Below are positions 10,801 to 19,222 of a stretch of DNA of 64,000 nucleotides, piece by piece. The position numbers and the translations under genes are program-made. A model generated the notes under the pieces. That model was not told the DNA's origin. It ran no database searches and saw nothing but the letters and a program-made list of their open reading frames with translations. This stretch comes from Shigella phage ESh26. How positions within the stretch are numbered: the first letter of the stretch is position 1; the number at the start of each line of letters is the position of its first letter. The stretch is taken from the sequence record ON528736; one strand, written 5' to 3'.

Positions 10801-11762
10801 ATGCAGCTAATGGTGATTGGAATGGCTTAAGACCTTTCTCTATTAATATGACTGATGGCCGCGTTGGTATGAACCATGGGTTGAATATTACTGGTGGTGG
10901 ATTAAACGTTACTGGCGGTAATACTAACTTAGGTAATATTAGCTCAAGACTAGTTTCATACGCCCGCGCAGCATCTGGATGGGGAGATACCTCAGATGCC
11001 ATGAAATCTAAAATCACCTTTATGGCAGATCATGGTGATTTATCTAATTCAGGTAGTTATTATCCTATTGTCGGTGCATGGAGTAACTATGGTTCAGCGG
11101 GTTATCGTCAAACCTTTGAGTTCGGATGGGTCGGTTCCGGCACTACAGCGGGTTGGCGCGATGGTATTATTCGTATTCGCGGAGATAATGCTAATGGCCA
11201 GCAAGCAAGATGGCGCTTTACAATGGACGGTACTTTAGATTGCCCTGGTAAAGTACTGCTACCACAAACAGGTGCCTTTGGTGTCAATACATCAAATGGT
11301 CTAGGTGGAAATAGTATAACATTTGGTGATAGCGATACTGGTATTAAGCAAAATGGTGATGGATTATTAGACATATATGCGAACAGCGTACAAGTATTCC
11401 GTTTCCAAAACGGTGATTTGTACTCATACAAAAATATAAATGCTCCAAACGTTTATATTCGTTCTGATATTCGTTTAAAATCCAACTTCAAACCTATCGA
11501 AAATGCGCTTGATAAAGTTGAAAAACTTAACGGTGTCATTTACGATAAAGCTGAATACATCGGTGGAGAGGCAATTGAAACTGAAGCGGGTATTGTGGCT
11601 CAAACGTTGCAAGACGTTTTACCAGAAGCTGTCCGTGAAACAGAAGACAGCAAGGGTAATAAAATACTCACTGTTTCTTCTCAAGCCCAGATTGCTCTTC
11701 TAGTTGAAGCTGTGAAAACACTTTCTTCTCGTGTAAAAGAACTTGAATCTAAACTTATGTAA
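7884..11762 (+). CDS. 37: Long tail fibre distal subunit gp37, T2-type with C-terminal intramolecular chaperone domain
   Basis: 1292-aa ORF (T4 gp37 is 1026 aa); C-terminus ...SDIRLKSNFKPIENALDKVEKLNGVIYDKAEYIGGEA... has the S-D-x-R-L-K autocleavage signature of fibre chaperone domains. Confidence 0.9.
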   Translation: MATLKQIQFKRSKIAGARPAASVLAEGELAINLKDRTIFTKDDSGNIIDLSISAGGNISGNITQTGDYLQNGTYNLNGNQFVYAGKYIEFLPKTAGNGAWANQHLNKAPIFTDLSSTTSVSEYHPLIKQRYKDGTFSVGTLVNEGSFKIHYINESGTSKYWTFRRDGGFVVDTGSLTVTDGNISASGNINSATGVVSAPQINTKTIVFDTKAFGQYDSQSLVQYVYPGTGETNGINYLRKFRAKSGGTIYHELASAQTGKSDELSWWTGNTAVNKQMGLRNDGSLVLRRSLAIGTITTDENINNYGSTGAMGECYIVIGDAATGVSYKRSGVYDLVANGLSIASITPDSFRSTRKALFGRSEDQGGTWIMPGTNAAFLSVQTQADENAAGDGQTHIGYNSGGKMNHYFRGKGKTNINTQEGMEVNPGILKIVTGANNVMFYADGGITSTKQLSIYNGVYLAANNSTAGLTFAPTTTIDGTKQILWEGGTRAGQNKSYVTVKAWGNSFNASGDRNRETVFEVADGQGYYFYAQRVAPASGSTTGVIQFRIAGALLTGGGITSSGSIVTESSLVANNGLSVNGQAKFGGTADALRIWNAEYGAIFRRSETNFYIIPTLQNAGESGGISNLRPFTINLANGSVMMGNHTQAGKNLLTIDNVSKFVQTDVRLRVNMDSDAIVVNASSQAASNFIQGRKADVTKWYLGIGDGGNVVRMHNYTYSHGIALNSDTVDITKPLKINDIRIGTDGNITGGTGNFANLNTTLNRKTSVGGWAGSSVDGWYKFATVTIPQGTGTVTFKISGGAGFNFKSYGQASVAEIVLRTGNNNPKGINAVLWNRSDLSFNQIATMNTSGDTYDVYVFCAGYTNALVVEYSCSENSSVTVVGLNGGIQPVVDALPEGHVVGKTVRLLNNIGGTFAAGESNIVTRGEYVTDNQKGMRIKSNGNNIGSNAALIRNDGGSFYILATDKNTEEKPDAANGDWNGLRPFSINMTDGRVGMNHGLNITGGGLNVTGGNTNLGNISSRLVSYARAASGWGDTSDAMKSKITFMADHGDLSNSGSYYPIVGAWSNYGSAGYRQTFEFGWVGSGTTAGWRDGIIRIRGDNANGQQARWRFTMDGTLDCPGKVLLPQTGAFGVNTSNGLGGNSITFGDSDTGIKQNGDGLLDIYANSVQVFRFQNGDLYSYKNINAPNVYIRSDIRLKSNFKPIENALDKVEKLNGVIYDKAEYIGGEAIETEAGIVAQTLQDVLPEAVRETEDSKGNKILTVSSQAQIALLVEAVKTLSSRVKELESKLM

Positions 11763-11763
11763 A

Positions 11764-11781
11764 AGAGGGCTTCGGCCCTCT
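11764..11781 (+). promoter_or_regulatory. UUCG-tetraloop hairpin between genes 37 and 38
   Basis: AGAGGGC-TTCG-GCCCTCT, 2 nt after gene 37 stop, followed by AAGGA Shine-Dalgarno of gene 38. Confidence 0.6.
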
Positions 11782-11792
11782 AAGGATTTTTA

Positions 11793-12587
11793 ATGGCAAT
11801 TGTAGGTGTTCCTGGCTGGATTGGTGAATCTGCCGTGAATGAAACTGGACAACGTTGGATGGATGCTGCGATGAGAGCAGTTCGTGTTTCAGTTCCTGGT
11901 TGGATGAGCTCAATGGCCGGACAATCTAAAGAAGTATATTACAGCATTGGTGCTAGCAATTCTTATAATAAAGACACACTAATAAATTATCTCAAATCTC
12001 AAGGTAGTACTCCTGTTGTTGTTACTATTACTGGTAACTTAGTTTCTTCATCTGCCGGGCAACCTTGCTTAGATTTTCCTAGTTCATTAACTAATGCTTA
12101 TGTAACGCTTATTATAAATGGCGGTGTAACAGTATATGGTCGCGGAGGACGCGGCGCGCAAGCGGGAAACCAGGCGGGTGAAGCTGGTGGTACTGCAATT
12201 AACAATGGTATAGGTACTCGTCTACGAATCACTAACAATGGAGCGATTGCTGGCGGCGGTGGCGGCGGTGGCGCCCAATCAACTGATAATGGATGGGGAG
12301 GTAAATATGTTTCTGGCGGCGGCGGCGGACGTCCTTTCGGAGCTGGTGGTAATAATGGAGCAAAAGCTCCGGGTGCATCAGCATCTTTAACATCTCCAGG
12401 CGCAGGCGGAAAAATGTATTCCGGCGTTGGATACTACGGTGGTGACGGTGGTAATGTTGGTGAACGAGGTAAGGATGCGGTTAGATTGAACGGCTATTCG
12501 AACTCACCTGGCGCAGCAGGTAAAGCTGTTACTGGTAATGCTCCAACTTGGACTAAAGTTGGTACAATATATGGTGCAAGAGTATAA
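11793..12587 (+). CDS. 38: gp38, T2-type tail-fibre tip adhesin with glycine-rich motifs
   Basis: 264-aa ORF with poly-Gly blocks (GGGGGGGAQ, SGGGGGRPFGAGG) between variable segments; position after 37. Confidence 0.85.
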   Translation: MAIVGVPGWIGESAVNETGQRWMDAAMRAVRVSVPGWMSSMAGQSKEVYYSIGASNSYNKDTLINYLKSQGSTPVVVTITGNLVSSSAGQPCLDFPSSLTNAYVTLIINGGVTVYGRGGRGAQAGNQAGEAGGTAINNGIGTRLRITNNGAIAGGGGGGGAQSTDNGWGGKYVSGGGGGRPFGAGGNNGAKAPGASASLTSPGAGGKMYSGVGYYGGDGGNVGERGKDAVRLNGYSNSPGAAGKAVTGNAPTWTKVGTIYGARV

Positions 12588-12618
12588 TTTTGAATAAATA
12601 TCCTTAAAAGGAGGGTCT

Positions 12619-13275
12619 ATGGCAGCACCTAGAATATCATTTTCGCCCTCTGATATTCTGTTTGGTGTTCTAGATCGCTTGTTCAAAGATAACGCTACCG
12701 GGAAAGTTCTTGCTTCCCGGGTAGCTGTCGTAATTCTTTTGTTTATAATGGCGATTGTTTGGTATAGGGGAGATAGTTTCTTTGAGTACTATAAGCAATC
12801 AAAGTATGAAACATACAGTGAAATTATTGAAAAGGAAAGAAATGCACGCTTTGAATCTGTCGCCCTGGAACAACTCCAGATAGTTCATATATCATCTGAG
12901 GCAGACTTTAGTGCGGTGTATTCTTTCCGCCCTAAAAACTTAAACTATTTTGTTGATATTATAGCATATGAAGGAAAATTACCTTCAACAATAAGTGAAA
13001 AATCACTTGGAGGATATCCTGTTGATAAAACTATGGATGAATATGCAGTTCATTTAAATGGACGTCATTATTATTCCGACTCAAAATTTGCTTTTTTACC
13101 AACCAAAAAGCCTACTCCCGAAATAAATTACATGTACAGTTGTCCATATTTCAATTTGGATAATATCTATGCTGGAACAATAACCATGTACTGGTATAGA
13201 AATGATCATATAAGTAATGACCGCCTTGAATCAATATGTGCTCAGGCGGCCAGAATATTAGGAAGGGCTAAATAA
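12619..13275 (+). CDS. t: Holin T
   Basis: 218-aa ORF MAAPRISFSPSDILFGVLDRLFKD... with one N-terminal TM segment; size and position as T4 t. Confidence 0.92.
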   Translation: MAAPRISFSPSDILFGVLDRLFKDNATGKVLASRVAVVILLFIMAIVWYRGDSFFEYYKQSKYETYSEIIEKERNARFESVALEQLQIVHISSEADFSAVYSFRPKNLNYFVDIIAYEGKLPSTISEKSLGGYPVDKTMDEYAVHLNGRHYYSDSKFAFLPTKKPTPEINYMYSCPYFNLDNIYAGTITMYWYRNDHISNDRLESICAQAARILGRAK

Positions 13276-13548
13276 TTATTTGTTCGTATACATCTCTAGA
13301 TATCGATATACACCCTCAAAACCCTCGTTGAATTCGTCGATGAGGGTTTTCTTATCTTCTTGAGTTAATTCAGAAACAATTTTACGGAATGAATTCTGAT
13401 TCAACTTTCTACCTTCATGCGTTACTCCAATCTCATTCAGAAATGCAATAAAATTAGCACGATTCTCAACAATATCTTCTCGGGAAAATTTAATCAAAAT
13501 AGACGCAACAGTAATAATTTCACGAACTGTATCAATATTTTTATTCAT
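13276..13548 (-). CDS. asiA: AsiA anti-sigma-70 factor
   Basis: 90-aa ORF MNKNIDTVREIITVASILIKFSREDIVENRANF... recognised as T4 AsiA. Confidence 0.92.
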   Translation of the reverse strand: MNKNIDTVREIITVASILIKFSREDIVENRANFIAFLNEIGVTHEGRKLNQNSFRKIVSELTQEDKKTLIDEFNEGFEGVYRYLEMYTNK

Positions 13549-13560
13549 TAACTATACCAC

Positions 13561-13713
13561 TCAATTAGTTGACTTTACTATAATATCATCAGACGTTTGA
13601 TTTGTAAACTGGTCTGTGGTATTTTCTTCAAAAATTTTTTCTACGAATTCCTTGAACGACTTACGTTCCTGAGCTACATTGTGCTCGATTACCTTTTCAA
13701 GATTATGACTCAT
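13561..13713 (-). CDS. Hypothetical small acidic protein (50 aa)
   Basis: ORF below track cutoff; ATG overlaps arn stop (ATGA); MSHNLEKVIEHNVAQERKSF...; overlaps the asiA promoter so uncertain. Confidence 0.3.
   Translation of the reverse strand: MSHNLEKVIEHNVAQERKSFKEFVEKIFEENTTDQFTNQTSDDIIVKSTN
13580..13609 (-). promoter_or_regulatory. T4-type early promoter upstream of asiA
   Basis: Minus strand GTTTAC-18 nt-TGA-TATTAT about 30 nt upstream of asiA ATG. Confidence 0.6.
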
Positions 13714-13988
13714 TCGAAATAATCTTCAATTTCATAATCAAGAACATAAATCATTATAGTTTTTAATACATCATCAATACTTTTTCCTGGAGCTGGAATT
13801 ACGTAAAAATATCCTGCTTTTGAGAGGTCTTTATAAGTTCCAACCAAGAAATCATTATTCTCAAGATGCAGTTCTTCAACTAATTCATTAACAATTGAGT
13901 GGTATAAATTTGGTAGAAACTTATATAGCTTTTCTAGAATATCAATTTTGATTGTGTATTGAACCACAGACTGAGAATCAATAATCAT
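13710..13988 (-). CDS. arn: Arn anti-restriction protein (McrBC inhibitor, DNA mimic)
   Basis: 92-aa acidic ORF MIIDSQSVVQYTIKIDILEKLYKFLPNLYH...; position between asiA and motA. Confidence 0.8.
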   Translation of the reverse strand: MIIDSQSVVQYTIKIDILEKLYKFLPNLYHSIVNELVEELHLENNDFLVGTYKDLSKAGYFYVIPAPGKSIDDVLKTIMIYVLDYEIEDYFE

Positions 13989-14071
13989 AGACCTTCCCCT
14001 TATGTTTCTGTTTGCGATTAGATTCTTTAAACGCTTTCTTCTTATCCTTATGGACAGAAGCTTTATTAAAA

Positions 14072-14290
14072 TTATGTTTTGCGACTAAATTGTTCATAGT
14101 GCTGAATTACCTCTCTTAAACATTTGCATGTGAATGAAAACTTTTTAGCTACACCACATTCAAATATATGTTCTCTTAAATCGCGTGTGTCAGTATATCC
14201 CATCTCAACAATAAAATGTCGTATTAGATTTTTATCTTTATCATTGAGAGAATTAAAATAATCGGATTTTGAATTAATTTCCCTGGCCAA
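14072..14290 (-). CDS. Hypothetical protein (arn.1 position), Cys-containing
   Basis: 72-aa ORF in compact minus-strand operon. Confidence 0.5.
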   Translation of the reverse strand: MAREINSKSDYFNSLNDKDKNLIRHFIVEMGYTDTRDLREHIFECGVAKKFSFTCKCLREVIQHYEQFSRKT

Positions 14291-14570
14291 ATTGAATCAC
14301 CTTCAGTTGACGTTTTAGTTCTTTTATCATTTCTTCGTTCATCGCAATATAAAGATCGCGTAAAGCAGGTTTTAGCATTCCATTTATTGGGGAACTAAAT
14401 GGACATACATAATCTTTTCCTACGAGCTTTTTGGTGAATTCCATATTACAGAATTGAAATGCCGGTTCATTGGCATAAATTCCCCAATTAGTTGACATCA
14501 TTTTATTGGCATATTCCAGTGCCTGGATTTGATTCTTAATTCCATCAATTTGAAACTTTTTAATATTCAT
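14274..14570 (-). CDS. Hypothetical protein (arn.2 position)
   Basis: 98-aa ORF, overlaps neighbours by a few codons. Confidence 0.5.
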   Translation of the reverse strand: MNIKKFQIDGIKNQIQALEYANKMMSTNWGIYANEPAFQFCNMEFTKKLVGKDYVCPFSSPINGMLKPALRDLYIAMNEEMIKELKRQLKVIQFGQGN

Positions 14571-15031
14571 TAGTAAAGGTCCTCAGAGTAAAGTTCTTTT
14601 TCACTACCACCACGTTCAATACGTACTTGTCCAGCGTAAGTTGCAATAATCATTGCTTCTTCACGTGTCCAGTAATTACTATATTGGTCAATAAACCCTT
14701 GGTCATCATCACAAACTTGTTGAGTAACTAATTGAGGTTTAACTACATCTAAAACTTCTGCCATATCTTTAGAATAATGACGAGCACCTGGAATAACAAG
14801 AGTTCGTCCATCTTTTAATTTAAAACGGTTGGCTGCGCAAACAATTCGTCGTTGATATTTTTGATTTTCGTCCCAATATGCAGACTGCCAACAGATTTCA
14901 GGAACTTCTGCAAGAATATCTTCTTCTGTGCATTTATAACCATGCGCTTTAAATTTTTCAACAAGACTTTCTGGAGTTTCACGAGATAAAGGAACATTCA
15001 GCATTTTTAAACGATTAATAAATGGGTTCAT
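14570..15031 (-). CDS. Hypothetical protein (arn.3 position)
   Basis: 153-aa ORF, start overlaps upstream stop. Confidence 0.55.
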   Translation of the reverse strand: MNPFINRLKMLNVPLSRETPESLVEKFKAHGYKCTEEDILAEVPEICWQSAYWDENQKYQRRIVCAANRFKLKDGRTLVIPGARHYSKDMAEVLDVVKPQLVTQQVCDDDQGFIDQYSNYWTREEAMIIATYAGQVRIERGGSEKELYSEDLY

Positions 15032-15357
15032 TTAAACCATCCTTTAATACGCTGCCACAAAGTTTTCTGTTGAGCTTTGTTAACACCAATTGAGCGAATA
15101 ACTGGTTGAGATTCCTGGAATTCTTTATAATCAGCAAGGTAAATTTCGTAAGCTGCATCCGTAAATGAACTTATCGCCGCCATAAAATTATTGCGAATAC
15201 CTACTGGAGCATCTTTACTTTCACGAATAATCATGTATTTACCAGTCTTAATCTTTACGATAGTTCCAAGATAAGCTCCATGGTACCAGATGTCCCACCC
15301 CTCTTGAGTGGGTTCTGCACAACGACGAAGTTCATTAACAATTTCTAACTTGTTCAT
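15028..15357 (-). CDS. Hypothetical protein (arn.4 position)
   Basis: 109-aa ORF. Confidence 0.55.
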   Translation of the reverse strand: MNKLEIVNELRRCAEPTQEGWDIWYHGAYLGTIVKIKTGKYMIIRESKDAPVGIRNNFMAAISSFTDAAYEIYLADYKEFQESQPVIRSIGVNKAQQKTLWQRIKGWFK

Positions 15358-15367
15358 TATTTATTCC

Positions 15368-16003
15368 TCACAGTTCAGATGCTACGGTGATTACTGCTTC
15401 AATGTTTTCTGCCGAGCGTTTAATGTCAAGATACACATTACCGTTTTTAGCGATTTTACATGACATTCCGATATCAGTAAATTTCTGAATATGGTGTTCC
15501 ATCATTTTGTATCCAAAAATTCGCATATTTCCATTGTTATTAATTTCAAAATTACGAATTCCGTGAGTGCGTTTTTCTAAAATAGCAAGATAGTTACTGC
15601 GGTAAGTTTCAACCTTTTTAAGAACAAATCCATTTTCATCTAAAAGTTTTAACATGAAGTCTTTATCTTCTTCCATATCGGAAGTAATCTCACGAGCTTT
15701 ACGAGTTGCTCGTTTTTTCAGCAGTTCAGGAGCATTTTCCTGCGCATATAAAGTTGCCGCATTTGAAATAATATCCTGAGCTTCACCAGTAATGATTAAT
15801 CCATCACCAGATTTTTCCACCAGGCCTTTTTTAATCAATACCCCAATATTACTATTAACTACTGCGTTACCTAAATCTGGATGCACCTCACGAACTTCTG
15901 CAGCTGTAATGAAATCTTTCTTAGCAATGGTAATTAAAATCGCAGCAGTTTTTTCATTCAGAACATCGTTAGAAGCTTTGATGATGTAAGTTACTTTAGA
16001 CAT
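15368..16003 (-). CDS. motA: MotA middle-transcription activator
   Basis: 211-aa ORF MSKVTYIIKASNDVLNEKTAAILITIAKKDF... recognised as T4 MotA. Confidence 0.92.
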   Translation of the reverse strand: MSKVTYIIKASNDVLNEKTAAILITIAKKDFITAAEVREVHPDLGNAVVNSNIGVLIKKGLVEKSGDGLIITGEAQDIISNAATLYAQENAPELLKKRATRKAREITSDMEEDKDFMLKLLDENGFVLKKVETYRSNYLAILEKRTHGIRNFEINNNGNMRIFGYKMMEHHIQKFTDIGMSCKIAKNGNVYLDIKRSAENIEAVITVASEL

Positions 16004-16044
16004 TTTCTAATCTCCGTAATTCTGTATCAGTAGTTGATAGTTGT

Positions 16045-16074
16045 ATAGTACCACAGTATGCTTTGGTTGTAAAC
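16045..16074 (-). promoter_or_regulatory. Early promoter of motA (cassette copy A)
   Basis: Minus strand GTTTAC-18 nt-TGG-TACTAT, A/T-rich upstream element, 5'UTR caactatcaactactgatacag shared with other copies. Confidence 0.7.
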
Positions 16075-16098
16075 CGTTTTGTGAAAAAATTTTTGAAA

Positions 16099-16126
16099 TA
16101 AAAAAAGGGAGAGCCGAGGCTCTCCC
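16099..16126 (-). terminator. Rho-independent terminator upstream of the motA promoter
   Basis: GGGAGAGCC-(2 nt)-GGCTCTCCC inverted repeat followed on minus strand by a 7-U run. Confidence 0.7.
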
Positions 16127-16132
16127 TAAAAA

Positions 16133-16282
16133 TTACTGCATGACTGTGATAACTGTCATGATAACACGTTGAATTCCGAATGCAAGAAGACCTCCTGCTA
16201 CAGCTGGAACAACACCTAAACCCGCCAGTAAAATGCTACCAGATACTAATGCAGCGCTTGTAATACCTATAAATGGACTCAT
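16133..16282 (-). CDS. Small hydrophobic membrane protein (49 aa)
   Basis: ORF below cutoff; ATG overlaps gene 52 stop (ATGA); MSPFIGITSAALVSGSILLAGLGVVPAVAGG...; ends 7 nt before terminator. Confidence 0.4.
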   Translation of the reverse strand: MSPFIGITSAALVSGSILLAGLGVVPAVAGGLLAFGIQRVIMTVITVMQ

Positions 16283-17607
16283 TTGATTTCCTCTAAATCT
16301 TTGGTGTATTCTGTAACTACATCAGTAGTTTTCCAATATTCGTTTTCTTCTTTTTTAGATTTAGCTTCTTCAGCAAGTTTCTTTGCTTCGTCGGAAGTCA
16401 TATGAAAAATGTTCATTCCAACTAGTTTATCAACATAAGAAGAATACATATCAATTTTAGAAAGTTCTTCTGTCAGTTCTTTACGAGTTTTACCTTGTAC
16501 AACAATTTCACCTGAAATTACTTTCTTAATGAAATGTGCCTTGGCAAAGGCTAAACGAAATGCTGATTCAGTTTCTTTGATTTTGTTATCAATTCGTTTC
16601 TGAACATAAGTTTTACGAACTTCAACGAAGTCTTTGATTAAATCAACTACGTTATCGTAAACTTGCAGCTTTCCTTTCTCATTAATAACAGTAATATTCT
16701 GGGAACGACGCTCAATCAACCCGAAGTCTTTCATAATTTTCGCGTGACGTTCTTCTTCATTATCGCTCAAAGAGTATTCTTTGCGGAATTTAACTTTGAA
16801 GCCAAAACCATGCTCACCACAAGCATCATCCCACGTAATGAAGCCTTTATCTTCAAGCGGATCTAAGATTTTACTCACATAAGTTTCACGATCATACTTA
16901 TACGGAATCTCAGTGATATTCATTTGAGTTCGTGAAGTAAACTTGTACGTTCCACGAATTTCATATTGACCGTCAATTTCAACGACTTCACCACGAAATT
17001 CTGGGAATTCTACCTTCGGTTTAGTTACTTTCTTTCCTTGAAGAGCTTGTAGTACAGCTTTCTTGACAGAAGAAACACTATGAGGAAGAATGTAAGTTGC
17101 ATAACCAGTTGCAATACCGGAAACACCGTTAAGAAGAACAGTAGGAATAATAGGCAAATAGAAAGCAGGCGGAATGTGTTCTTTATCTTGATGTACCGGA
17201 GCATATTCAGTATCTTTATATACGCTATAGAAATTTTTACTTACACGAGCAAAAATATAACGACTTGCCGCTGCTTTTTGAACGGTACGAGAACCAAAGT
17301 TTCCTTGACCATCTAACAAAGGAAAGTTATTATTCCAAGTATTAGCCATCAAAGCACCGGCGTCTTGTGCAGAGTTTTCACCATGATGATATCCAAGGTC
17401 CGCTACACCACCTGCAATAGAAGCGAGTTTGTGAAACTTATCTTTATTTCCTCGTGCCAAATCAAGAGCTCGAGCAATAACAAATCGTTGAACTGGCTTA
17501 AATCCATCAATCATATTTGGGATAGCACGATTTTCAACCGTGTACATAGCATAAGCCAATGCTTCATTATCAATGATACTTTTTAAATCGCGATTATTCA
17601 GTTGCAT
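16279..17607 (-). CDS. 52: DNA topoisomerase II medium subunit gp52
   Basis: 442-aa ORF MQLNNRDLKSIIDNEALAYAMYTVENRAIP... GyrA-like N-terminus; size as T4 gp52. Confidence 0.92.
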   Translation of the reverse strand: MQLNNRDLKSIIDNEALAYAMYTVENRAIPNMIDGFKPVQRFVIARALDLARGNKDKFHKLASIAGGVADLGYHHGENSAQDAGALMANTWNNNFPLLDGQGNFGSRTVQKAAASRYIFARVSKNFYSVYKDTEYAPVHQDKEHIPPAFYLPIIPTVLLNGVSGIATGYATYILPHSVSSVKKAVLQALQGKKVTKPKVEFPEFRGEVVEIDGQYEIRGTYKFTSRTQMNITEIPYKYDRETYVSKILDPLEDKGFITWDDACGEHGFGFKVKFRKEYSLSDNEEERHAKIMKDFGLIERRSQNITVINEKGKLQVYDNVVDLIKDFVEVRKTYVQKRIDNKIKETESAFRLAFAKAHFIKKVISGEIVVQGKTRKELTEELSKIDMYSSYVDKLVGMNIFHMTSDEAKKLAEEAKSKKEENEYWKTTDVVTEYTKDLEEIK

Positions 17608-17611
17608 AAAT

Positions 17612-17752
17612 TTACCATACTAGTGAATGTAGTGCCATAATAACATCAGAAATGAAAAGCACGACTTGAATTAATCCGAACATTACTCCATAATATAGTG
17701 CTACTAATAAAGTAGCAAGGGCTAATGAATAGCCCAAGATTTTCTTAATCAT
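17612..17752 (-). CDS. Small hydrophobic membrane protein (46 aa)
   Basis: Hand-translated: MIKKILGYSLALATLLVALYYGVMFGLIQVVLFISDVIMALHSLVW; overlaps upstream ORF end. Confidence 0.4.
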   Translation of the reverse strand: MIKKILGYSLALATLLVALYYGVMFGLIQVVLFISDVIMALHSLVW

Positions 17753-17903
17753 TAGTAGATAACAACACAAATGTTAAATATGCACACATACCCTGGGCTA
17801 AAGCTTGTGAAAACACACTGCTAGCATCGATACAGATAGTTAAAACACATGCTACTATCCAACAAACAAATGAAATAACTCCTAATAATTTTGCGATATT
17901 CAT
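17745..17903 (-). CDS. Small hydrophobic membrane protein (52 aa), possibly the ac homologue
   Basis: Hand-translated: MNIAKLLGVISFVCWIVACVLTICIDASSVFSQALAQGMCAYLTFVLLSTND; T4 ac is a ~51-aa membrane protein at this locus (from memory). Confidence 0.4.
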   Translation of the reverse strand: MNIAKLLGVISFVCWIVACVLTICIDASSVFSQALAQGMCAYLTFVLLSTND

Positions 17904-17910
17904 ATTTTCC

Positions 17911-17991
17911 TCACTGGCGTCCAAAGACGCCTTTTGTTTTAAGATTGTTACGATAGAACTGCATCACATGTTCGTTATGGAAATTACTCAT
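17911..17991 (-). CDS. stp: Stp peptide (26 aa; modulator of host EcoprrI/PrrC anticodon nuclease)
   Basis: Hand-translated [26 protein letters not shown], matching the T4 Stp peptide as remembered; ATG overlaps upstream stop. Confidence 0.8.
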
Positions 17992-18157
17992 ACACACCAC
18001 ACATTTTGCATAAACGTTCAAAACAGATAAATCCGCCACCTACACACATCACGACAGCCACATTATCATTAAGAGGTAGACCTAAAGCCGTAAAGATTCC
18101 AGTCAATGTGAATAAGGCTAAAACTAATAGGTAACCCATTACAAATAGAGCTTTCAT
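17984..18157 (-). CDS. Small hydrophobic membrane protein (57 aa)
   Basis: Hand-translated: [57 protein letters not shown]; ATG overlaps ndd stop (TAATG). Confidence 0.4.
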
Positions 18158-18612
18158 TAGTATGCCTGCAAAACAAATTTAAAGTTATCAGCCAACATAC
18201 GGTTCATTTCTTCAAGCGTTTGATACTCAGAATGATGATTACGAGTAAACGCCAAAGCTAACTGACCTTTTCCAAATCCTGTCGTCAAAGGTTTCATCTT
18301 AGAAGTAGGAAGATAAAATACTGTGTATGGAACATTGTTATTTGCAATAGTACGCGCAAGCTGAGACCGACGCTGACGAATATGACTTAGAACTGCACTG
18401 AACCCTTGTTTAGAACGCTGATTACCTACATAAAATCGTGCAGATACACACGGACTATCAAATGGACCACCAAATTTGCTCACTAAAAAGTAAAATCCAG
18501 GGTTAGACAAAATGTCTTTATGCGGAGTTCCAAAAACCCATTCACCGCCCTTGATTGTACCAATAACAGTTGCGCCTGCATTATTCAAATCAGTAACAGT
18601 CATATATTTCAT
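18157..18612 (-). CDS. ndd: Ndd nucleoid disruption protein
   Basis: 151-aa [36 protein letters not shown]... recognised as T4 Ndd. Confidence 0.9.
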   Translation of the reverse strand: MKYMTVTDLNNAGATVIGTIKGGEWVFGTPHKDILSNPGFYFLVSKFGGPFDSPCVSARFYVGNQRSKQGFSAVLSHIRQRRSQLARTIANNNVPYTVFYLPTSKMKPLTTGFGKGQLALAFTRNHHSEYQTLEEMNRMLADNFKFVLQAY

Positions 18613-18672
18613 GTTAATTTCCTCTAATTATTTTCTACTCCAAGGCCGCATGAATACATACGGCCCGATAAA

Positions 18673-18888
18673 TTAATCGTCGCAGTCGACGCTCAATTCC
18701 CAAAACTCTTCTACGGTATAAGTTTCAGTATCATTTTCAATACAGAAACGTTCATTGCTGTTGTTTGCTAAAGTAGCATTAACTGTCATTTTCTCGCTAG
18801 TGCTCTTAAGAGGTGAAATACGAATTAACTGATCACCATTATCTAAGCAAAAAATTTCACCAACTTTTACATCTTTAAAAATTTTCAT
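18673..18888 (-). CDS. Hypothetical protein (ndd.x)
   Basis: 71-aa ORF. Confidence 0.5.
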   Translation of the reverse strand: MKIFKDVKVGEIFCLDNGDQLIRISPLKSTSEKMTVNATLANNSNERFCIENDTETYTVEEFWELSVDCDD

Positions 18889-19003
18889 AATTCACCTCAG
18901 GGAGTATAAAATCCAAATGCAGTTGTTGACCATCCCATCCAATACGGAAAATTTGCACCAACGTAAAACATGAGAATATAAAACCAACCACTCAGCAAAT
19001 TTA

Positions 19004-19222
19004 TCATTTTACACCATTCCAAATTGTTTCAACCACAGATTTTAAGCCATTTTGATGAATGTCCATTCCGACAACCGCCATCAAATAAATTCCAACTACA
19101 ACTGAACCTAAGGCAAAAATCAGCATGAAAATGAATAAAGCTGGAAAAATATTATCGAAAAACCATTTAATAAATGTAAAAGCACTGCGTTTACGCTTCA
19201 TATTTTCCTCACATAAATCCAA
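19004..19222 (-). CDS. Hypothetical membrane protein (ndd.x)
   Basis: 72-aa ORF with one strongly hydrophobic helix (FPALFIFMLIFALGSVVVGIYLMAVVG). Confidence 0.45.
   Translation of the reverse strand: MDLCEENMKRKRSAFTFIKWFFDNIFPALFIFMLIFALGSVVVGIYLMAVVGMDIHQNGLKSVVETIWNGVK

Noticed and set aside
10760-11431. ORFs 10760..11017 (-), 11032..11238 (+) and 11108..11431 (-) inside gene 37
   Set aside because: Embedded in the gene 37 coding region in other frames or antisense; no promoter or RBS
12241-12340. GC-rich ggcggcggt repeats, considered as a possible simple-sequence repeat or CRISPR-like array
   Set aside because: These are the codons for the poly-glycine motifs of gp38; in-frame coding sequence, not a spacer-repeat array
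12588-12618. Possible late promoter for gene t (tgaataaatat)
   Set aside because: Matches only 7 of 8 positions of TATAAATA and lacks the initial T; t may be transcribed from upstream late promoters
14815-14997. 60-aa minus-strand ORF overlapping 14570..15031
   Set aside because: Lies entirely within a longer ORF in another frame on the same strand; the longer ORF is the more parsimonious gene
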